Shown here one piece after another: positions 28,554 through 35,257 of a DNA stretch of 64,000 nt. The translations under genes were made by a program, and so were the position numbers. A model generated the notes under the pieces. That model ran no database searches and had not been told where the DNA came from. It saw only the letters and a program-made list of their open reading frames with translations. The stretch spans positions 381,302 to 445,301 of the forward strand of contig JACKGE010000001.1 in NCBI GenBank assembly GCA_020632155.1, read 5' to 3'. Source of the DNA: Candidatus Nomurabacteria bacterium. GTDB taxonomy: Bacteria > Patescibacteriota > Minisyncoccia > Phycocordibacterales > UBA918. Each line of letters opens with the position of its first letter. Positions within the stretch are counted from its first letter, which is position 1.

Positions 28554-31500
28554 ATGCAACTGGTCTCCCAATTAGCACTGGCCTTAGTGGTGCTGGAACC
28601 GGCGTCCTTACTGCTCTTGGTGTTAACATCAGGTTCCTTTGTGGTCAATGGTGGCGCTCTTGGCACCCCATCCTCAGGTACTCTCTGCAACGACTGGCTT
28701 ACCACTCTCTACCGGGTGACTGGCACACTTGGTATTGCCAATGGCGGTCTTGGTGTCTCATACACTGATCCAAATGCAGACCGTATCTTATTCTGGGACG
28801 ATAGTGCTGGCAACTTCGCTAACCTTGTCGCCTCAACTGGTCTTACTTTGTCGGGCACCAACCTAACGGTCCGAGCTGCTTCAGAATCACAAACTGGTAT
28901 TGCTCCGCAAAGGAGTTTGCTACTCAAACCGAGGTCAATACCGGAACCGATACTACGCGTGTGGTACGCGCCAATACCCCTCGGTGCGTGGCTGGTCACC
29001 AACCTCACCACCCTCGGCACCATCACTACCGGAACGTGGAACGGCACCGCCATCGGTGACGCCTACCTCACCAAGACTGGTGACTGGACCGGCACCTTCG
29101 ACGGACAGGAGGGGAGTTACTACCTAGACCTCGCCAATGCTACGGGTGATACTGACGACCTCACCGAAGGCACAACCAACCTCTTCTCCCAGTGGACCAC
29201 CTCCGGCTCTGATATCTACTACAACAGTGGAAATGTTGGTATTGGGACGACGACGCCGGACCAGCCCCTGGTCGTCCTTGGTGGTACTGCAAGTACAGCA
29301 CCAAACCTACTCACTATCCAGTCAAATGAAGGTGGTAGCACCAGTCCGGGCGATGTGTACGCCGGTATTCAGTTTGGTGTATATGGGGGAGAGAATGGCA
29401 GTGGTGCACAGCCAGTAACCGCCTTTATCAAAGCGGTTGATACGAGAGCTGGCGCTACTTCAAATGAAGACGGGGGACTTTCTTTTGGAACCCTGAATTC
29501 CACCGGCGGTCCGACAGAACGGATGATTATTACTCACGATGGTAAGGTCGGTATTGGCACCTCTGATCCGTCTGACACTCTCAATGTTGCTGGTAACACC
29601 GACATTACCGGTGAAGTGCAGATTGATGGAACATTGTCTATCGGTGGCGTCGCGCCGAACAGTTCACGCAGTCTCTATATAAATGACTCATTCACTGATG
29701 ATGCAGCTACGTACGGCATATATAACCTAACCAACTTCGGCTCCTCCATAAGTGGAAACCGTACACCATATAGTAGTTTCAATAAACTTACGGTCGACGG
29801 GTATACCTTAAATTCTAATACTCTTAACCCAGCGGGTGTGTATGGCGAAGTCGAGATATTAAATGGCAATGAAGATGTTGGTAGCGCCCGTGGATTATAC
29901 TCGGTTGTAGATAACCAAAATACCAGTGGTACATTGGACGCTAGTTACGCCATTGATGTACTTACCCAAACTTCGGCTAATTCTACTACTACCAACGCGT
30001 ATGCGTTTAGAAGCAATTTAACCAATAACGGCTACATCGGTAACTACTACGGTATTTATCTCACGGATGTAGTAGAGGGAGGGCAGGGCAATGCCTACGC
30101 GTTCTGGACCAATGAAGGAGACGTTGTTCTTGACGGCGACGGCGACGGTGTTGCAGGTGGTACCGATGTTGGCACCAACCTTTTCTTTGGCGAAAGTCAA
30201 GATGCAGCAATTTGGTATGACGGCGCCGATTTTAACATTGATCCGCAAATCGTTGGTTCAGGTGATCTGCTCATACCAAACGGCAACGTTGGTATTGGTG
30301 ACCCGACACCTTCATCTAAACTTGATGTGTACGAAAATAGTACCAATGCCGCTGGTGCGAGTGGACTTACACTAGAACAAGCTGGTACTGGTGATGTAAA
30401 CATTTCATTCCTACTGACGGGTACACGACGTTGGAATGTTGGTGTCGACAACAGTGATAGTGATAGGTTCAAAATCCTCTCCGACAATAGCAATGATTAC
30501 AGTGGTTCAGGACTGGTGATTAACACGAATGGTAATGTCGGCATCGGCGCAGCCGACCCCTCTGTGGCTAAACTGCAAACGTACGTGAATGATACAAGCT
30601 CGTACCAAAATCTCATTGAGCAGGACAGTACTGGTGACTCGGCACTCTCGTTCCTTTTAACAGGCACTAAACAATGGATCGTTGGTATTGATAATAGCGA
30701 CGGTGACAAGTTCAAGATCGGCGAAGGAGGTGCTGTTGATTCTGAAACCGCACTAACCATTGATACGTCTAGTAATGTTGGTATTGGTATCACTGACCCA
30801 AGCACCTACTTACAAATTACCCGAGCATCAAACGCGTGGCCAGCGACTTCGGGAACCACTCAAAGTACTGGCCAATATATGCGCCTCGGAAACAATACTG
30901 GTTCTGTTCTTGATATCGGTGGCAACAGTACCTCAGGCCAGTGGCTACAATCCACAAACGCCACCAATCTTGCCACCAATTATCCGCTACTCCTAAATCC
31001 AAATGGTGGCAACGTCGGTATCGGTGATTCCTCTCCAGCCAGTCTATTCACCGTCGGTAACGGCGACCTGTTCCAAGTAAACTCCTCTGGTGACATTATC
31101 ACGCAGTCTGTTGGTGTCGATGCACTGGAGAGCGAAGACTTCGGTGACTTCACTTGCAATGGCACGACGTGTACTCTCGACGCTACCTATCTGACGGGCA
31201 ACCAAACCATCACCCTTTCTGGAGACGTCTCTGGTTCTGGTGCTACCAGCATCAGCACCACTCTGGCGGCTGACACCGTTGATTATTCAAATATCGATTA
31301 CTCAGCAGTCATTGGTAGCGACCCATCATTTGGAGCTAGTGAGACCTTCTTTGGCACTACCGGTGTCATCTTTGAAGGATCGTCTGCTGATACATTTGAA
31401 GGGCTCCTTACCACCACCAATATTACCGGTTCAGATAAGACATGGACATTGCCAAATACCACCGGCACCATCGCGCTCCTAACGAGTGCTATGACCGGTA

Positions 31501-34500
31501 CTTTTGACGGCAACAACTTCGGCGGGGGAGCAATTGGTGCCGGTGACCTTCTCTACGGTTCAGCTGCCGGTACCATTTCAGAACTTTCTGGCGCCGCGAC
31601 GGGCAACGTGCTCCTTTCCGGTGGTGCAACTGGGGCCCCAAGCTGGGGCAAGGTTTCTGCCACAGCACTCAGCGCCGCTGACTTCGGTGACTTCACCTGC
31701 AACGGCACCACCTGTACACTCGACGATACCTACTTAGCAAACGGAGACCACTGGACCCTCACCGGTGACCCGTACCTCTATTACACAGGAGGGAATGTGG
31801 GTATTGGTACGTCGTCTCCAACCAATCTTCTCTATATAAACGGCGGTAACATCGGTACCTCGACGGCAACGGTTGTTATTGATGACGGCCTCGGTTCGCT
31901 TGGTTTGACGCCGCCAACTCCATATAACGCTTCCCTTAAACTCTATAACGGTATTGGTGATAACTCTGTAGTACTCCGCTCGATGTCTGATTCCAGTGGT
32001 TCTAATAATGGGGAGAATACCGCCGAATTGGCATTTACCAGCTTGAGTGAAGCGTCCGTTGGTACAACTGACTCCGCACCGTTCTACCTCAAGACCAACA
32101 ATACCTCACGTCTCTATATTGACTCCTCCGGCAACGTTGGTATCGGTACCACGAGTCCACAACGATTATTGCACTTGAGTACGATTGGTCAGGCAACGGG
32201 TGCGGTAGCACGTATGGAGGCACCAACTGGATATGACACTAAATTTGAATTTTGGGAAGATGGAGTTGAATTGTGGGAATTTGGTGCTGATACAAGCGCA
32301 GATCTGTTTGCGATTGGACCGACCGTTAATACAGCGGATTTTGTCATCGACTCCTCCGGCAACGTCGGTATTGGTACTACAAGCCCAAGTACGTTACTCC
32401 AGATTGGAGACGGTACGAATGATGCTATCCAAACATTCACCGATGGCCTCGGCTCACTACAAGCTACTATTGATTTTCAAACCTCCGGAACAGGAGCCCC
32501 ATCTAATCCAGATGGATGGAAGTTGCGTTTGTACGGGCAGAGTACTTATGATGCAGCTGATTATGGTATCGGCATCAACGGCAATACACTCTGGTTTAAT
32601 ACAGGCGGTACAAACATAGATTTCTATGACAGTGGTAGTCAGATTGCAACCTTCCAAAACGGTAATTTTGGAATTGGCGACACCTCACCTGCCGCACTTC
32701 TCACTGTCGGCAATGGAGATCTCTTCCAAGTGAACTCCTCCGGTGTTGTTACGGCCGGTACGTGGCAGGGAACAGCACTTACAGACGCCTATGTAAGTGA
32801 TACCCTAACAGCATCAACATGGCAGGGGTATACCATTAGCGGCGGTGATGACCTTGATACCGTCTCAGTACCAACCGGCCGTAAGGTAACAATTGGCGGT
32901 TATGCAGGTGTGTCACCAACCAATACTCCAAACTCAGAACAGTATGGTGCTCTTATTACTGCTCACGATGGTTCACAGCAAAATCAGCTTTGGTTTGGTG
33001 GTACAACCTCCGGCGATATTTATGTACGTCGGCGCGATAGTGGTACTTACTACGCGTGGACTCGCTTCTGGAATGATGCGAACGATGGCTCTGGCAGTGG
33101 CCTTGATGCCGATACCCTTGACGGCGTCGACTCCTCTGCTTTTAGTCAACTCGGTGCTTTCATTGATCCAGTTGATCTCGCTGACGATGACTTCGGTGAC
33201 TTCACTTGTACGACCGGTTTCTGTTTCCTTGATAACGATGTGGTAGCAGCGGCGGAAATGGCTAATGGTGACCACGGCTTCTTCTCATACAGTGGTGGTG
33301 TCGCTTCGCTTGATACCGGAGGTCTTACTTCTGCCAACCTTATTAGTGCACTCACTAACGAGACCGGTTCCGGCAGCGCAGTCTTCTCTGCGTCACCAAC
33401 TTTCACAGGTACGGTAAACGCCGCTGCCGCCACACTTTCAAGCACTCTCACTCTTTCCGGCACTGCCGCCAATATAGCGCTTGGCTCCAACTACCTCTCT
33501 GGTGATGGTGGTGACGAAGGCATTGCAATTGACTCAAGCGGTAATGTGACACTAACTGGCGATCTAACCGGAACTACCGACACCAAATTGGCCCTTACAC
33601 ATGCTGGTAACGAAACCGGATTCTCCTTCATACAGACCAATGTGCTCTCTGGCGAACAGGATGTCTTTGTGATCGAGGACCAAGATGGCGGCGGCGGCGG
33701 ACAAGACGAAAGCTCGGTTTTAAAAGTCATCAAGTCTGGTGCTTGGAACAGTGCGGATGATGGCTCATCGCTTATAGAGTTACTCTACAGCGGTGGTGGT
33801 AGCTTAAACCCTGACCAGCAGTTCTATATCACCGGTCGGACCACCGACGAAGGTGCTCTGACATGGGGTGTATCACAAACGGATGCTGACATCTGGAGCA
33901 CCGGTTCCTTGCGGCTTGGCGCAACAGGTGTTGATTGTTCTGGTACCAACGCACCATGTTTCAATTCACCAAGCATCGCCTTTGAAACCTCCGGAAATTC
34001 GTATATCAATACCGGTGGAAACTTTGGTATCGGCACAACGACGCCAAGCGCACTTCTCCATATTGACGCCAGTGCTGCTGCTGGTTCTGCCTTTAGGATC
34101 AGTACCACCTCAGCCACTTTCTTTGACGTCGATGCAGTGACGGGTGTTTCTACCTTTGGTGACTCAAGTGGTACTGGTGATGCGGTATTCCAGTTTGCTA
34201 ATGATGCTAATGCATGGGCCGTCGGGTATAAAGCGGCAGACCTATCATTTAACATCGCTTCGGGTACTGACCTTACCGGTACCATTGCATTATCTATAGC
34301 TAAAAGCGGTAATGTAACTATCGTTGGCTCGGCAGTGACTTGTGTACTCGGTAATGGTTCGAGCGCTACCAGCTGTTCATCATCTGATGAGCGACTCAAG
34401 GACGAGATCACTACCTTAAGTGGTACGAGCACTCTTGAACAACTGCGCAGACTTCGCCCAGTCTCATTCTTCTGGAACGATTGGATGCAGGAGAACGGTT

Positions 34501-35249
34501 CTACTGACGGTATCCAGTACGGACTCATCGCTCAAGAAGTAAAGGAGGTGTTCCCGTCGCTGGTGATGCGCGACCCAAACACAAACTACTACCGTCTTGA
34601 CTACCAAAACCTCATATCACCAACCATCAGTGCGGTACTTGAGCTCGACATGAATCTGGAGAGCTTGGCATCGAGCACAATGCCACTTCTTGATGAACGT
34701 GATGAGGAGACCTTTGCTGGCCGCTTCTTTGCTCGTTTGGTGACATGGCTCGGTGACACCGCCAATGGCATCGGCGACCTCTTTGCTGATCGAGTGCGTA
34801 CCAAGGAGATATGCGTTGAAAAAGCCAATGGTAGTGCCGTCTGTGTTAATGGAGATGAACTGGAGTCACTCCTTAATGGCCAAAGTACCGGCGGTAGTGG
34901 GGGAAGCGGAAATGTTGGCGGTGGTTCGACCGCTGGCGGCAACACACCACCTTCGGACGACCCTGTCGATGATACAACCGGCACCAGTACCGATGACGGC
35001 AGTACCTCGGGTGACACTACAGATGGAACCACAGGTACATCAACTGATTCGGGTACTGGTGATGGTGAAACTACAGACGGTGGTGATTCTATTCCTGATC
35101 AAACTGACACTATTGAGGGAGATAGTGGTAGCCAAGGTGATGGTACGGATGCTTCGAACGATCAATCAGGTGATAACAACACCACGGATGCTACTGATAC
35201 TGATTCGAATGGAGCGGAGGAGCCGGATAACACATCCACTGGCGGTTAA
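28554..35249 (+). CDS. giant tail-fibre-like surface protein, 3' segment (2231 codons), ending in an intramolecular-chaperone / peptidase S74-like autoprocessing domain and an acidic T/D/G-rich tail
   Basis: Dozens of GNVGIG(T/D)(T/S)SP beta-repeat units. Recurring DFGDFTCNGTTCTLD cysteine-pair modules. Near the C-terminus CSSS-DERLKDEITTL...YGLIAQEVKEVFPSLVMRDPNTNYYRLDYQNLISPTISAVLEL matches the S-D autocleavage and chaperone consensus of phage tail-spike/fibre C-terminal domains. The ATG at 28554 is not a credible start: the first ~60 codons are out-of-frame relative to homologous copies. The gene is most likely continuous with 23305. Confidence 0.7.
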   Translation: MQLVSQLALALVVLEPASLLLLVLTSGSFVVNGGALGTPSSGTLCNDWLTTLYRVTGTLGIANGGLGVSYTDPNADRILFWDDSAGNFANLVASTGLTLSGTNLTVRAASESQTGIAPQRSLLLKPRSIPEPILRVWYAPIPLGAWLVTNLTTLGTITTGTWNGTAIGDAYLTKTGDWTGTFDGQEGSYYLDLANATGDTDDLTEGTTNLFSQWTTSGSDIYYNSGNVGIGTTTPDQPLVVLGGTASTAPNLLTIQSNEGGSTSPGDVYAGIQFGVYGGENGSGAQPVTAFIKAVDTRAGATSNEDGGLSFGTLNSTGGPTERMIITHDGKVGIGTSDPSDTLNVAGNTDITGEVQIDGTLSIGGVAPNSSRSLYINDSFTDDAATYGIYNLTNFGSSISGNRTPYSSFNKLTVDGYTLNSNTLNPAGVYGEVEILNGNEDVGSARGLYSVVDNQNTSGTLDASYAIDVLTQTSANSTTTNAYAFRSNLTNNGYIGNYYGIYLTDVVEGGQGNAYAFWTNEGDVVLDGDGDGVAGGTDVGTNLFFGESQDAAIWYDGADFNIDPQIVGSGDLLIPNGNVGIGDPTPSSKLDVYENSTNAAGASGLTLEQAGTGDVNISFLLTGTRRWNVGVDNSDSDRFKILSDNSNDYSGSGLVINTNGNVGIGAADPSVAKLQTYVNDTSSYQNLIEQDSTGDSALSFLLTGTKQWIVGIDNSDGDKFKIGEGGAVDSETALTIDTSSNVGIGITDPSTYLQITRASNAWPATSGTTQSTGQYMRLGNNTGSVLDIGGNSTSGQWLQSTNATNLATNYPLLLNPNGGNVGIGDSSPASLFTVGNGDLFQVNSSGDIITQSVGVDALESEDFGDFTCNGTTCTLDATYLTGNQTITLSGDVSGSGATSISTTLAADTVDYSNIDYSAVIGSDPSFGASETFFGTTGVIFEGSSADTFEGLLTTTNITGSDKTWTLPNTTGTIALLTSAMTGTFDGNNFGGGAIGAGDLLYGSAAGTISELSGAATGNVLLSGGATGAPSWGKVSATALSAADFGDFTCNGTTCTLDDTYLANGDHWTLTGDPYLYYTGGNVGIGTSSPTNLLYINGGNIGTSTATVVIDDGLGSLGLTPPTPYNASLKLYNGIGDNSVVLRSMSDSSGSNNGENTAELAFTSLSEASVGTTDSAPFYLKTNNTSRLYIDSSGNVGIGTTSPQRLLHLSTIGQATGAVARMEAPTGYDTKFEFWEDGVELWEFGADTSADLFAIGPTVNTADFVIDSSGNVGIGTTSPSTLLQIGDGTNDAIQTFTDGLGSLQATIDFQTSGTGAPSNPDGWKLRLYGQSTYDAADYGIGINGNTLWFNTGGTNIDFYDSGSQIATFQNGNFGIGDTSPAALLTVGNGDLFQVNSSGVVTAGTWQGTALTDAYVSDTLTASTWQGYTISGGDDLDTVSVPTGRKVTIGGYAGVSPTNTPNSEQYGALITAHDGSQQNQLWFGGTTSGDIYVRRRDSGTYYAWTRFWNDANDGSGSGLDADTLDGVDSSAFSQLGAFIDPVDLADDDFGDFTCTTGFCFLDNDVVAAAEMANGDHGFFSYSGGVASLDTGGLTSANLISALTNETGSGSAVFSASPTFTGTVNAAAATLSSTLTLSGTAANIALGSNYLSGDGGDEGIAIDSSGNVTLTGDLTGTTDTKLALTHAGNETGFSFIQTNVLSGEQDVFVIEDQDGGGGGQDESSVLKVIKSGAWNSADDGSSLIELLYSGGGSLNPDQQFYITGRTTDEGALTWGVSQTDADIWSTGSLRLGATGVDCSGTNAPCFNSPSIAFETSGNSYINTGGNFGIGTTTPSALLHIDASAAAGSAFRISTTSATFFDVDAVTGVSTFGDSSGTGDAVFQFANDANAWAVGYKAADLSFNIASGTDLTGTIALSIAKSGNVTIVGSAVTCVLGNGSSATSCSSSDERLKDEITTLSGTSTLEQLRRLRPVSFFWNDWMQENGSTDGIQYGLIAQEVKEVFPSLVMRDPNTNYYRLDYQNLISPTISAVLELDMNLESLASSTMPLLDERDEETFAGRFFARLVTWLGDTANGIGDLFADRVRTKEICVEKANGSAVCVNGDELESLLNGQSTGGSGGSGNVGGGSTAGGNTPPSDDPVDDTTGTSTDDGSTSGDTTDGTTGTSTDSGTGDGETTDGGDSIPDQTDTIEGDSGSQGDGTDASNDQSGDNNTTDATDTDSNGAEEPDNTSTGG

Positions 35250-35257
35250 CATTGTGT

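Noticed and set aside
24233-29127. ORFs 24233..24862, 27035..27280, 28900..29127, 24872..25114 with the recurring peptide GTAPPSVTPTSPRLVTGPAPSTDRRGVTT
   Set aside because: This is the same repeated DNA module read in the wrong frame. The in-frame reading (GTWNGTAIGDAYLTKTGDWTGTFDGQEGSYYL) belongs to the giant gene.
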